Shown here one piece after another: positions 49,459-59,282 of a stretch of DNA of 64,000 bases; position 1 is the stretch's first letter; the number at the start of each line of letters is the position of its first letter. Source of the DNA: a virus; the IMG/VR virus record IMGVR_UViG_3300020048_000015, positions 96,001-160,000 of that record; one strand, written 5' to 3'. Made by a program: the position numbers and the translations under genes. The notes below the pieces were generated by a model. The model did no database searches. It was not told the origin of the DNA and worked only from the letters and a program-made list of their open reading frames with translations.

Positions 49459-50028
49459 ATTATTTTTGGGAACTTTTATATACCAAAATATAGTCAGGAA
49501 CAAACACAAACAATGATAAAAGAATCTAATCAATTTGAAGGATATTAATATATAAACAATAAAACAAAAAAATATGGAAAAGATTTTAAGATTTAATGAA
49601 AATTTAAAGTGTGTTACTAGCTTTTCAACACATAACAACGTTCAATATAAACAAGGTGATATTATTAATATGTCTTCTTTTAATGCCCTGTTAGATTGGG
49701 AAAAGAATTTTTTTAAATCAGAATCAGAATATGGTGAAATAATACACAAACGTGTACATAAATCGAAAATATCTGATGGTAATGATAATGATGGAAAACA
49801 TTTAACAGGAACTAATCCAGGTGATGGTTTTGGTACTGGGATACCTGGTGGTATTGACATAGATTTTGATACTATTTTATAAAGAAAATAAAGAACTATT
49901 AAAAAGATGCTTCCCAACACTTTGCTTTCAGAATGGTGAATATTGCATAAAATTTATTAGAACCATTTGATCATTTTAAATTATCAGAAAAATAAACTAT
50001 TTTTGGGAACTTTTATATACCAAAATAT
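49419..50028. repeat. 73-bp direct repeat (49419-49491 and 49956-50028, one mismatch)
   Basis: attagaaccatttgatcattttaaattatcagaaaaataaa(t/c)tatttttgggaacttttatataccaaaatat. Confidence 0.9.
49574..49882 (+). CDS. Hypothetical protein with MEKILRFNEN leader, inside the direct repeat
   Basis: TAATATATA at 49546-49554. Confidence 0.65.
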   Translation: MEKILRFNENLKCVTSFSTHNNVQYKQGDIINMSSFNALLDWEKNFFKSESEYGEIIHKRVHKSKISDGNDNDGKHLTGTNPGDGFGTGIPGGIDIDFDTIL

Positions 50029-50077
50029 GTTTTAAATTAAAGCTCATAGTTTTTGGGCTTTAATTTTTTTTCCTAAA

Positions 50078-50305
50078 ATGATTTATAATAAAAAGTTTAA
50101 ATTTATTGAATTTAAATTAGGTGAAGATTATAATATATGGTATTATGGTAAAAAATATACTTGTAGGTTTATTAAAACAACACCTAAAGGATATAATCTT
50201 TTAGACCTAAATACTTCAAAATGTATATTAACAAGACATCTTTATACAAATAAATTCAAAGCCAATTCTTACAGAGTCTCATTATATTTATATAAAAATA
50301 ATTAA
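50078..50305 (+). CDS. Small hypothetical protein
   Basis: 75-aa ORF. Confidence 0.5.
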   Translation: MIYNKKFKFIEFKLGEDYNIWYYGKKYTCRFIKTTPKGYNLLDLNTSKCILTRHLYTNKFKANSYRVSLYLYKNN

Positions 50306-50309
50306 AATT

Positions 50310-51737
50310 ATGATAAAAAACATCCACGAAAAACTAATGGAATCAGTTCAACAAATGTTGATTGATACCAAAGTTAATTTGCCCTATTATGGAAACTTCA
50401 ATCTATTTATTTCTTTCTCAGAAAGAAAAGATATAGGAACTTGTGCTGTTAATATGACAGCAAAAGGTATGAATTTTTACTATAATTCAGAATTTCTTAA
50501 CAGACTTTCTCAAAAAGAAGTAAATTTCATAGCACTACATGAAGACTTCCACTTGCTATGGAATCACCCTAAACGTACAATTACTGGTCAATATGACCAT
50601 AAACTTTCCAACGTTGCACAAGATATGATTATCAATCATATCATTTGGGAAGATATTCCTGCAACCTACGTAGAAATACCAAAAGATGAAAATGGTAAGA
50701 ATATGACCTTGTTTGTTCCTAAAGAATATCCAGGAAAACTTATCTTTGAAGAACTTTATGAATGGTTACGTGACCAAAAAGAAAAACGTGAAAAAGAAAA
50801 AGAATGTCAATCTTGTGGTGGTTCCGGTAAAAAACAAAAAGGTTCTGGTAAAGATAAACAAGAAAATGACCAAAATGGTGGACAAAATGGTGATCAAAAT
50901 GGCGGCAGTGGACAAAATCAAGATGGTGAGGAGGATTGTGAAGATTGTAATGGTTCTGGTAAACAGTCTTCCCAAAAGAAATATGGCCCATATGGTAAAA
51001 ATCCAAAAAATGAAAGTGAAACCATTGATACTTGGTCATTAGATGATATTCTTGATAACCTTGATAAAAATAATGGACAATATATGGATGTTCATATGGG
51101 TGACGAAGTTCCAGAAGAAATGCGTGAATCTATGGTTAAAGATGCTATGGAAAGATTACAAGCTCGTGGTTTGGAAAGCGGTAAAGTAGAACAAACACTT
51201 AATAAACTTCGTAAGAAAAGAAAGAACTATTTGTCCTATATCAAAAGAACCATAACCAATCTTATTATGGGAACAAATAAAAATAAAACTATCGTAAAAC
51301 CAAATAGAAGACAAGTTGAAGGTCTTAAAGGTAATAGAAAAACTAAAACCGCAATCAACGTAATTTTAGATACCAGTGGTTCAATGGGTAATACATTTGA
51401 AAAGGTGCTTTCTTACATATATAGAGGCGACATCTCTGTTAATATGATCCAAGGTGACACCGAAGTAAAATGGGTTGATAAGTTTATGGATAAGAAGAAG
51501 ATTGAAAGAATGAAGGTGCATGGGATGGGCGGTACAATTTTGCAACCTTCTGTACTTTATATTGAACAACACTTCAACAAATTCAACACAGTAATTTTAA
51601 CAGATGGTTATTGTGACAATCTAGATTTGAGTAGACTATCTGGAAAGGTATTGATTATATCAATTGGTGTAGAAGTCCCTATTTCTAAATCTAATGGTAA
51701 ATTAAAACAAATCGTAGTTGACCTTAATAATGATTAA
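50310..51737 (+). CDS. DUF2201-type metallopeptidase-like plus VWA domain protein
   Basis: HEDFH (HExxH), NVAQDMIIN, ILDTSGSMG (MIDAS), GGTILQP and ILTDGY. Confidence 0.85.
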   Translation: MIKNIHEKLMESVQQMLIDTKVNLPYYGNFNLFISFSERKDIGTCAVNMTAKGMNFYYNSEFLNRLSQKEVNFIALHEDFHLLWNHPKRTITGQYDHKLSNVAQDMIINHIIWEDIPATYVEIPKDENGKNMTLFVPKEYPGKLIFEELYEWLRDQKEKREKEKECQSCGGSGKKQKGSGKDKQENDQNGGQNGDQNGGSGQNQDGEEDCEDCNGSGKQSSQKKYGPYGKNPKNESETIDTWSLDDILDNLDKNNGQYMDVHMGDEVPEEMRESMVKDAMERLQARGLESGKVEQTLNKLRKKRKNYLSYIKRTITNLIMGTNKNKTIVKPNRRQVEGLKGNRKTKTAINVILDTSGSMGNTFEKVLSYIYRGDISVNMIQGDTEVKWVDKFMDKKKIERMKVHGMGGTILQPSVLYIEQHFNKFNTVILTDGYCDNLDLSRLSGKVLIISIGVEVPISKSNGKLKQIVVDLNND

Positions 51738-51739
51738 AA

Positions 51740-51771
51740 AAAAGGTGTGTAGATTGTTCTACACACCTTTT
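51740..51771. terminator. Bidirectional terminator
   Basis: aaaaggtgtgtaga / tctacacacctttt. Confidence 0.8.
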
Positions 51772-53621
51772 ATAATTAATTCAAATTTAATTTTACCACA
51801 ATCCCAAATTTTAGGTAGATTTAGTTTTGATTCAGATAAGCCAGTTTTAGACTTTTTTAATTTTGATTTATGAACTCTTTTATCTTCAATGATATATTTA
51901 TAATCTGGTTTAGATTCAAATATATTATTAAATCCTAATCCATAATAAAGATTTCCAACACTCCAATCTTTATCAGCATAACTAATTATTCTCTTTGGGT
52001 TATATTGTTTAATAAAATATTTTAATAACTTTGATGCACCACCAATAACAGTTGTATTACTTACAAACCTTGATAGATTCCATTCATCAATTGGCATTTT
52101 CTTTCTACCTTCAAACTTATCAAATGTCATTAGACTAATTAGTTTATCATTATAATATAAACCAATCTTTATATTTGAATTAACAAAGCCTTGTATATGG
52201 TTATTGTCTAAAAAATCCCTAACTAACTTTACATCATTTATTTCTTTAACAACACATTTTCTAGCATATATTTTATTATTATTTAAATTTAACCAGTTTA
52301 AAATTTGGTTTTTTAGTATATCACGTTTATATTTCCAATCATCTTCCCATATATGTATAATTCTAATATTTTTATCTTTGAAGTAATTAGTTTTATTTAA
52401 ATGGTAATTCTTTTCTTTATATTTTTCAGAGTGCCAATATATACCATTAAATTCAAAGCCGATATTTAATTCAGGTAAATATATATCTATTTCAAATTTA
52501 TCTCTATATGATTGGATAATATCACCACTATAAATAGATTTTATATAATCATATAATTCAATTTCCATTATTGATTTAGCATCACCAATTGGATAACAAA
52601 CTGTACATAAGGAAATGTTATTTTTAATTCTTGAAAAGTAATTATCCTTATGAATTTCAAATTCGTGATTGTGTTTATCACATTTAAATAGTGAAACACC
52701 ACCATCTAAATATTTAATATAATTTGAATCTTTACATATTAAAAAATCCTTTCTGAAATCATCAGATTGATATATATGTGGTTTTCCAAATTTATCTATA
52801 TTATTATTTTTTATCTTTTCTAATATATCATTATTTTGTGTTAAATATTCAACACCATATCTTTCTAAATTAGTCTTCTTAGTTTTGCTTTGTATATCTA
52901 AATTTTTTTGTGGGTAATCAACACCCCAATTATTAAAAAGCATTTCCTTAGATTTATTATATATTTCTAAATTTCCTAATGGACATATGTTACCATATCT
53001 TTCTAAATTAGTTTCTAATGCTTTCTTTTTAACCGATTCGTTTTTTGATGGTTGTTTAAACCCATATTTTTCTAAATTAGTCTTTTCTATTTTATTTCTT
53101 ATTTCTTTAGAAGATAAATTACACTTTACACCATATTTTTCTAAATTAGTTTTATTTATCTTATCTTTTATATGTTCAGATTTTAATGGATTATCAACCC
53201 CATATTTTTCAATAAATATATCTTTATTTTTTTCAGTTCCTATTTCTGATCCAAAATAAGTTTCATTATTATACTTTTCTAAATTGGTTTTTTTAATTTT
53301 TTCCTTTACATCTGGAACTTGTGCAATATTTTTAACACCATATTCAATAATTAACTTTTCTTGATTTCTTATAAATGCACATTTCTTACAACAAGCAAAT
53401 TTTAGATTATTTTTAATACTTTTATTATATAATGAATACTTCAATTTTTTTTCTTTATTACATATATCACATATTGCATTAATTTCAATATTTGATCCTT
53501 TAGATAGTTTATTAATATCTATTTTTATTATATCACCAAAAGATATATTTTCAACTATTTTTGAAAAAAATGGTAGATTTCCTCTATTAATTAAAATTTC
53601 TATTGTTGTATCTAATATCAT
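51759..53621 (-). CDS. Free-standing homing-endonuclease-like protein (Zn fingers, LEKYG repeats, Vsr/PD-(D/E)XK-like nuclease, C-terminal GNAT-like domain)
   Basis: CDIC/CKKC; about 9 x 23-aa repeats; EIDIYLPELNIGFEFNGIYWHS; IYARKC...GGASKL...ISYAD. Confidence 0.75.
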   Translation of the reverse strand: MILDTTIEILINRGNLPFFSKIVENISFGDIIKIDINKLSKGSNIEINAICDICNKEKKLKYSLYNKSIKNNLKFACCKKCAFIRNQEKLIIEYGVKNIAQVPDVKEKIKKTNLEKYNNETYFGSEIGTEKNKDIFIEKYGVDNPLKSEHIKDKINKTNLEKYGVKCNLSSKEIRNKIEKTNLEKYGFKQPSKNESVKKKALETNLERYGNICPLGNLEIYNKSKEMLFNNWGVDYPQKNLDIQSKTKKTNLERYGVEYLTQNNDILEKIKNNNIDKFGKPHIYQSDDFRKDFLICKDSNYIKYLDGGVSLFKCDKHNHEFEIHKDNYFSRIKNNISLCTVCYPIGDAKSIMEIELYDYIKSIYSGDIIQSYRDKFEIDIYLPELNIGFEFNGIYWHSEKYKEKNYHLNKTNYFKDKNIRIIHIWEDDWKYKRDILKNQILNWLNLNNNKIYARKCVVKEINDVKLVRDFLDNNHIQGFVNSNIKIGLYYNDKLISLMTFDKFEGRKKMPIDEWNLSRFVSNTTVIGGASKLLKYFIKQYNPKRIISYADKDWSVGNLYYGLGFNNIFESKPDYKYIIEDKRVHKSKLKKSKTGLSESKLNLPKIWDCGKIKFELIIKGV

Positions 53622-53674
53622 AACTTATTATATTTTCATTTTAAATATAGTTTATATATTAAAATACCCACAAC

Positions 53675-53708
53675 AAAGACCAACACATATTAATATGTGT
53701 TGGTCTTT
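53675..53708. terminator. Perfect 34-bp palindrome at the primase 3' end
   Basis: aaagaccaacacatatt|aatatgtgttggtcttt. Confidence 0.75.
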
Positions 53709-54841
53709 TTAATATATTCCTTTTTAGGTATCCATTTTATATCTAAAACATCCTGGCTGAAATATGTTTCTAAGTTTAGTTTTTTAAATGGATTTGGTAC
53801 TAATTCAGCCAGTTTATTTAAATCTTTTACTTTACTTATTCTATATAATAGTTTATATGGATCTTCTGATTTCTTTTTATCAACAATATCTTGGAATAAT
53901 TTTTTCCATAAGAATACCGGATATTTTCTTATTTTTTGTTCGGATTTCATATATCCTGCTATATCATTATCAAATAGATATTGTAATTCCAAATCTGCTG
54001 CTTCAAGAAAAGAAGTATCTGTGCTTACACCTACCAAGCCAATGCTATTAGGATAAAACAATGAATCTATATAACCTTCAAATATTGTTATTTTATCGCT
54101 TAAATCAACATTTAATATATTAAAGTAGTAGGATAACTTATTATAGATAATAAGTTGAGGTAATTCAATATCGGTTACTTCTTCAATATTATTTACCCAT
54201 TTATATAATGTTTCAAAATTAAATATACTAAAAGATCTCTTTTTTCCTTCTTTTAGGTTTCTCATTTGTGCGCCTAATACTTTATTTCCTTTTTTGTTTA
54301 GGAATATTATAACCTTTTCATATTGTTCAGAACCTAACCAATGTTTACCTTCATAGATATTGAAATGATATTCTTCTGGTATACCACGTTCAACTAAATA
54401 TTTATAAACATAACCATTTTTAACAATAGGTTTAAATTCTGTTATAGAATGTTCATTGGTATTAAATATTCTTACAATATCTTCCAGGTTAATAAGTTTA
54501 TCAAATTTATATTCATAAATATCATCATTTACATCTTGATAGGTTATATTATTATTAAGGTGTTCTATTATTTCCATTTTTTTATCTGGATCTAATAATA
54601 TATTGAAATCTTTAACTAATTTATCTAAATTAGTTTTTTTGCTACATCTAAAACATATGTATAATAATTTATTGAAATATAGATTTCCTCTTTTTTTAGA
54701 TTTTGTTTTACCTTCATGACAATAAGGGCATCTAAAATTGAATCTATCTTCGTGTGTAATTATTTTCTTTTCAATATTAGAATTGAACTCTTTATCTAAT
54801 ATTTCCTGTAACTTTAAGTGAATATAATTTTTATCTATCAT
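53690..54841 (-). CDS. gp61: T4 gp61-like DNA primase
   Basis: FNFRCPYCHEG...CFRC zinc finger; ITIFEGYIDSLF, YLFDND (TOPRIM) and KDLN. Confidence 0.8.
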   Translation of the reverse strand: MIDKNYIHLKLQEILDKEFNSNIEKKIITHEDRFNFRCPYCHEGKTKSKKRGNLYFNKLLYICFRCSKKTNLDKLVKDFNILLDPDKKMEIIEHLNNNITYQDVNDDIYEYKFDKLINLEDIVRIFNTNEHSITEFKPIVKNGYVYKYLVERGIPEEYHFNIYEGKHWLGSEQYEKVIIFLNKKGNKVLGAQMRNLKEGKKRSFSIFNFETLYKWVNNIEEVTDIELPQLIIYNKLSYYFNILNVDLSDKITIFEGYIDSLFYPNSIGLVGVSTDTSFLEAADLELQYLFDNDIAGYMKSEQKIRKYPVFLWKKLFQDIVDKKKSEDPYKLLYRISKVKDLNKLAELVPNPFKKLNLETYFSQDVLDIKWIPKKEYIKKTNTY

Positions 54842-54893
54842 AAATATTATTTAATAATTTATAAGAAAAGTTTTTTATTATAATATAAATCCT

Positions 54894-54901
54894 TATCTTT
54901 G
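54894..54901 (+). promoter_or_regulatory. Bacteroidota-type -7 box TATCTTTG, followed by class A promoter 54910-54938
   Basis: TAnnTTTG match in the divergent intergenic region; -33 element weak. Confidence 0.45.
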
Positions 54902-54942
54902 TTGTATAATTAAACAATTAAGTAATTATTTATATAAAGTAT

Positions 54943-55179
54943 ATGGAATTCATAAAGGAAGAAATGGTAGTGTGTGTTATATCTTGCAGAACTACCTTAG
55001 AAATTGGTAAAGAATACAAAATCTTGGATATTTCAAACTATCAAAGAAGTAATAGTGATATGGATAAACAAGAAATATTACTTGATCTTGGTGATGGGAA
55101 TAGTAGTTGGTATCATTCATTTAGATTTATATCAAAAGCAACACACAGAAACAATATAATAAATCAAATTATAGATTAA
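54943..55179 (+). CDS. Small hypothetical protein ending HRNNIINQIID
   Basis: 78-aa ORF with promoter. Confidence 0.65.
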   Translation: MEFIKEEMVVCVISCRTTLEIGKEYKILDISNYQRSNSDMDKQEILLDLGDGNSSWYHSFRFISKATHRNNIINQIID

Positions 55180-55203
55180 TAAACACTTAAAATATATAAA
55201 AAT

Positions 55204-55455
55204 ATGAACATTTTGGCATTTTATGAAAAATTATCCAAACTTATGGGTGATTGGAGAGAAAGAAATATTACAACTGCTAATGCTACTGAACAATTAAAAG
55301 CATTATTGAAAGAAGCTGCTGATAATAAGTTGGATGTTAACATATCAGTTGATATGTTAAAAGAGGACAACAAAATTAATATGGATGAAGAACAGTCATA
55401 TGAAGAAACTTATGAAGAATCATACGAAGATTCATATGATGATGACGATTGTTAA
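55204..55455 (+). CDS. Small protein with acidic tail
   Basis: 83 aa; EESYEDSYDDDDC. Confidence 0.65.
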   Translation: MNILAFYEKLSKLMGDWRERNITTANATEQLKALLKEAADNKLDVNISVDMLKEDNKINMDEEQSYEETYEESYEDSYDDDDC

Positions 55456-55486
55456 AAAATTGCCATTATAGGTTTGTGTCCTTTCT

Positions 55487-55514
55487 TAAAGTTCCAAATT
55501 AGTTTGGAACTTTA
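55487..55514 (+). terminator. Intrinsic terminator
   Basis: taaagttccaaa / tttggaacttta. Confidence 0.7.
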
Positions 55515-55523
55515 TTTTTATTA

Positions 55524-55973
55524 TTGATGTTCTATATAAAAACATATAATATGACACTAACCACAGAATCTCTTCTAAAATTTTTAGAAGAAACATTAAA
55601 CGAATTAGAAAATAACAAATCAGATTATCCATTTGAAGTGTTTCATTTTTTAAATAACAAATCAGATTTTTCTTTTTCTGAAAAAAGAGATGTATTAGAA
55701 AGTCTATACTCTAATCTAGATGAAAAATATCGTAAAAAGTCTTGTGCTATTGAATTTTTCACAGGGACTAATCAAGAAAAAAAACAAGGCCTTGTTGAAT
55801 TAATCAAAAAGACTTTAGAATATTATGATGGATATTATGATGAATCATATTATACTAAATATGTTGATGTGGATCCTGACTATGATGAAAGGGGTGATGA
55901 TTATAGAAATAATGAAGATCATGGTAAAAAATGCCACTGTAAAAAGTGTTCTGTTGGAAACCCACTTCAGTAA
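55524..55973 (+). CDS. Hypothetical protein with C-terminal CHCKKC
   Basis: 149-aa ORF. Confidence 0.6.
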   Translation: MMFYIKTYNMTLTTESLLKFLEETLNELENNKSDYPFEVFHFLNNKSDFSFSEKRDVLESLYSNLDEKYRKKSCAIEFFTGTNQEKKQGLVELIKKTLEYYDGYYDESYYTKYVDVDPDYDERGDDYRNNEDHGKKCHCKKCSVGNPLQ

Positions 55974-56004
55974 ACATTATATTAAAACTTTAAAATAAAA
56001 AGCT

Positions 56005-56928
56005 ATGTTAGTTGTTGGTTCAAAAGCACAGGAATTTAACTTTCCTGAATCGGAAAGATCAATAAATGATATTGATATAATTGCATTAGATGAAGATTTC
56101 AAAAAGTTAATTGAATATCTTCAACCAAAATCAATAAAAACAAATGAGTATATTACTACTTTATTTGGTATAAAGAATGATGAATTTTTTACTACTAAAA
56201 ATGTTGAATTATTGAATGCAACCAATTCAACATCATTGAAAATGTATTTGGAATATGATAAAGATAGACCTACATTAGAAAATGGTATTAAATATGCTTC
56301 AAAAGAAGTAATTTTTTCTTTGAAGAAAAGTCACATTCACTTTCCGATAAAATTTGATAAGCATATAAAAGATTACACATTCCTTTATGAAAAAATGAAT
56401 GGTGTTGATGTTTTAAAACATATAACAAAAATAAATTTCAAGGAAACCGAAGAAAGATTAGGAAAGCTTAAAACACCATCTTTGAAAAAGGCAACCGATA
56501 ATTTCTTTGGACAATCTGAAAAATATGTAACTTATTTTTTCATACACGATGATATCCACAAAGTTATGGCACACTATGATAGACCATTATATGAAAAGAT
56601 GCAAAAAGATCCAACATCAGCATTTTGTGTAAAAGATATGTGGCTTGATTTTACATTTGAAGAAAAATGTAAGTGTGTTTTGGAAGAAGCTTATGTAATT
56701 GCATTAGAAAGAAAAGTAATCCCATCAATTTTTGGTGGTAAAGATTGGGTTTCACATAAAGAAGCTTTGGATTGGTCTTTAATGCGTATATGCACTACAT
56801 TATGTTCTGGTTGGTTTAGAGAATTTGCAACAGATAACTTCTTTAAAATTAAAGAATATATTAATCCAGATTATGTGAATAAATTCCTATTGGCTTTTGA
56901 AAGTGGTTTAATTAATAAAATGAAATAA
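56005..56928 (+). CDS. Conserved large-phage protein with nucleotidyltransferase-like N-terminus
   Basis: VVGS...DID; LKKSH, HDDIH, EEAYVIALER and ICTTLCSGWFREFA. Confidence 0.55.
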   Translation: MLVVGSKAQEFNFPESERSINDIDIIALDEDFKKLIEYLQPKSIKTNEYITTLFGIKNDEFFTTKNVELLNATNSTSLKMYLEYDKDRPTLENGIKYASKEVIFSLKKSHIHFPIKFDKHIKDYTFLYEKMNGVDVLKHITKINFKETEERLGKLKTPSLKKATDNFFGQSEKYVTYFFIHDDIHKVMAHYDRPLYEKMQKDPTSAFCVKDMWLDFTFEEKCKCVLEEAYVIALERKVIPSIFGGKDWVSHKEALDWSLMRICTTLCSGWFREFATDNFFKIKEYINPDYVNKFLLAFESGLINKMK

Positions 56929-56939
56929 AAAATAAATAT

Positions 56940-57230
56940 ATGAAATTATCATTAGAAATTTTAAGAAGTTATGGCTTTAAAGAAAGAACGTATAAACCTG
57001 ATTGGGATGACACTTGTGTAGAATTTACTTTACCAAATGGTATTATGTTAAATACTATGACCCAATGTAATAATCAACCAACTGAAAGTGACTGTTTAGA
57101 AGGGATGGATGGGTTTATTTATATTGATTCAAAGGAAGATTTAGATGAATTAGTAAATATGTCTTATGAAGATGCTTTAAATAAAATTGCATCTGAAAAT
57201 AAAAATTTTGATATTAACAATTATTTTTAG
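56940..57230 (+). CDS. Hypothetical protein
   Basis: 96-aa ORF. Confidence 0.6.
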   Translation: MKLSLEILRSYGFKERTYKPDWDDTCVEFTLPNGIMLNTMTQCNNQPTESDCLEGMDGFIYIDSKEDLDELVNMSYEDALNKIASENKNFDINNYF

Positions 57231-57250
57231 TAATATATAAAATAAAAAAA

Positions 57251-57292
57251 ATGCTTAAAAATTTTAATCAATTTAATGAAAGTATGAAATAA
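57251..57292 (+). pseudogene. Leader-only micro-ORF MLKNFNQFNESMK*
   Basis: Lies between TAATATATA (57231-57239) and a terminator (57291-57337). Confidence 0.55.
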
Positions 57293-57337
57293 TAAAAAAT
57301 GTTCGGATATTTTTAAAATATCCGAACATTTTTTATT
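57291..57337. terminator. Bidirectional terminator
   Basis: aataaaaaatgttcggatattt / aaatatccgaacattttttatt. Confidence 0.8.
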
Positions 57338-58727
57338 TTTTAGATTTCATAAATGTTTCTGCAAGTGTAGCCCTTTTTCTTGTCAAAGGATCAGAATCTT
57401 TTTTCAATTTTTTAATATCTATCATTGATAATTTTTCATCTTTATCTTTAATTAAACCTTTTTTCTTAGCTTTTTTTTTCAAAGCACCTTTTTTTAATTT
57501 AAGATCATTCATCCATTTTTTAGCTTCTGATATTTCTTGCGGAACTTCTTTACATAATTGTTCTAATTCATAATCTTCCTTAGCTTCCAATTCCAGTTCA
57601 TTAAAACCTACATTGCATAAATGATTAATCATTTCTTCTCTATCCATAAAAGATTCATTCTTTTTGAATTTATCTTTTAAATCAATAGCTTGTTTAACAT
57701 TGTTTTTCATTTGGTTATGATAATCATCTGTTGGTGCATCCATACTATTAGGATATAATTTTTGTGTCATATTATTCCATTTTGTAAATGGTAATATTGA
57801 ACTTTCCATACCCTTTGCTTGAACTGATGATTCATATTTAACTTCTTCATCACCTACAAATCTTGTTCTAACACCACCTTTTCTTGAAGCATTTGAAGTA
57901 TCATATAAATTAAACTTCAAATTGGTCATCAATGACTTCTCCTTGAAGAATTTGTGCATGTGTTCAACATTCTTTATATCATCATCAGAAAATCCAACAG
58001 AAACAGTTTTAGCACCAATTTGATTACCATATTCATTACAAGTATCTACAAATTTATTTAAAGCCATTTCTTTTGCTTTTTCTGGATTTGATGCAGATGC
58101 TGAACCAAACTCTTCTGCAAATGATTCAGATGAAACGCCATAATATCCACAATGGTCTAAATATACTTTTATCAATGGCATTTTAGTAACTTGTCCCTTA
58201 ATAACCCTTGCATATTGATCAGTTTCATTATGTGAAAAATAATAAGCATTTTTAAGACAATGACTATACATTTCAAATTGTTGTTGCTCTGTAAGGAAAT
58301 TATCTATTATATACTCAATAGATTTACGATATGTAGAGGGTTCATTTCCTCTTGCTGTTATAAGAGCAAATATAGCACCTTCTGATAGACATTGAATAAA
58401 TGAATCCCAAGATGGCCCAAATAATCCGTTTCTTATAGCGATTTTCATATCTTCTATAAATGCCATGTTTCCCCTTGGTCCATTATCTCTAAATTCCGAA
58501 AAAGATTCATTACCTGGTAGTAACTTATAATTATCTTTATCATTTCTAACTTTCGCAAATTCAGTGGTTGATACATCAATTGGTACCCAATTATCACCAA
58601 CCTTTTTTAACATGTGTATAACAGTTGGCATATGAAATAAATTATCATCTATGTCAAACGCATAATAATGTAATTCAATCTCATGTAAGGATTCCTTTAT
58701 ATAATTAGAAAAATTTACTAACTTCAT
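57333..58727 (-). CDS. Leader-bearing (MKLVNFSNYIKES) HAD-like phosphatase with basic C-terminal module
   Basis: FDIDDN (motif I), ITARG (motif II) and GFSDDD.KN (motif IV); tail KKGAL...RKRATLAETF. Confidence 0.7.
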   Translation of the reverse strand: MKLVNFSNYIKESLHEIELHYYAFDIDDNLFHMPTVIHMLKKVGDNWVPIDVSTTEFAKVRNDKDNYKLLPGNESFSEFRDNGPRGNMAFIEDMKIAIRNGLFGPSWDSFIQCLSEGAIFALITARGNEPSTYRKSIEYIIDNFLTEQQQFEMYSHCLKNAYYFSHNETDQYARVIKGQVTKMPLIKVYLDHCGYYGVSSESFAEEFGSASASNPEKAKEMALNKFVDTCNEYGNQIGAKTVSVGFSDDDIKNVEHMHKFFKEKSLMTNLKFNLYDTSNASRKGGVRTRFVGDEEVKYESSVQAKGMESSILPFTKWNNMTQKLYPNSMDAPTDDYHNQMKNNVKQAIDLKDKFKKNESFMDREEMINHLCNVGFNELELEAKEDYELEQLCKEVPQEISEAKKWMNDLKLKKGALKKKAKKKGLIKDKDEKLSMIDIKKLKKDSDPLTRKRATLAETFMKSKK

Positions 58728-58734
58728 TTTATTA

Positions 58735-59205
<471 letters not shown>

Positions 59206-59282
59206 ACAATATAATTTTTATTATATATATTAATTTTTAAAAATCTTTTTTAAACTTTTATCTAATTATTTTCATAATTAGT

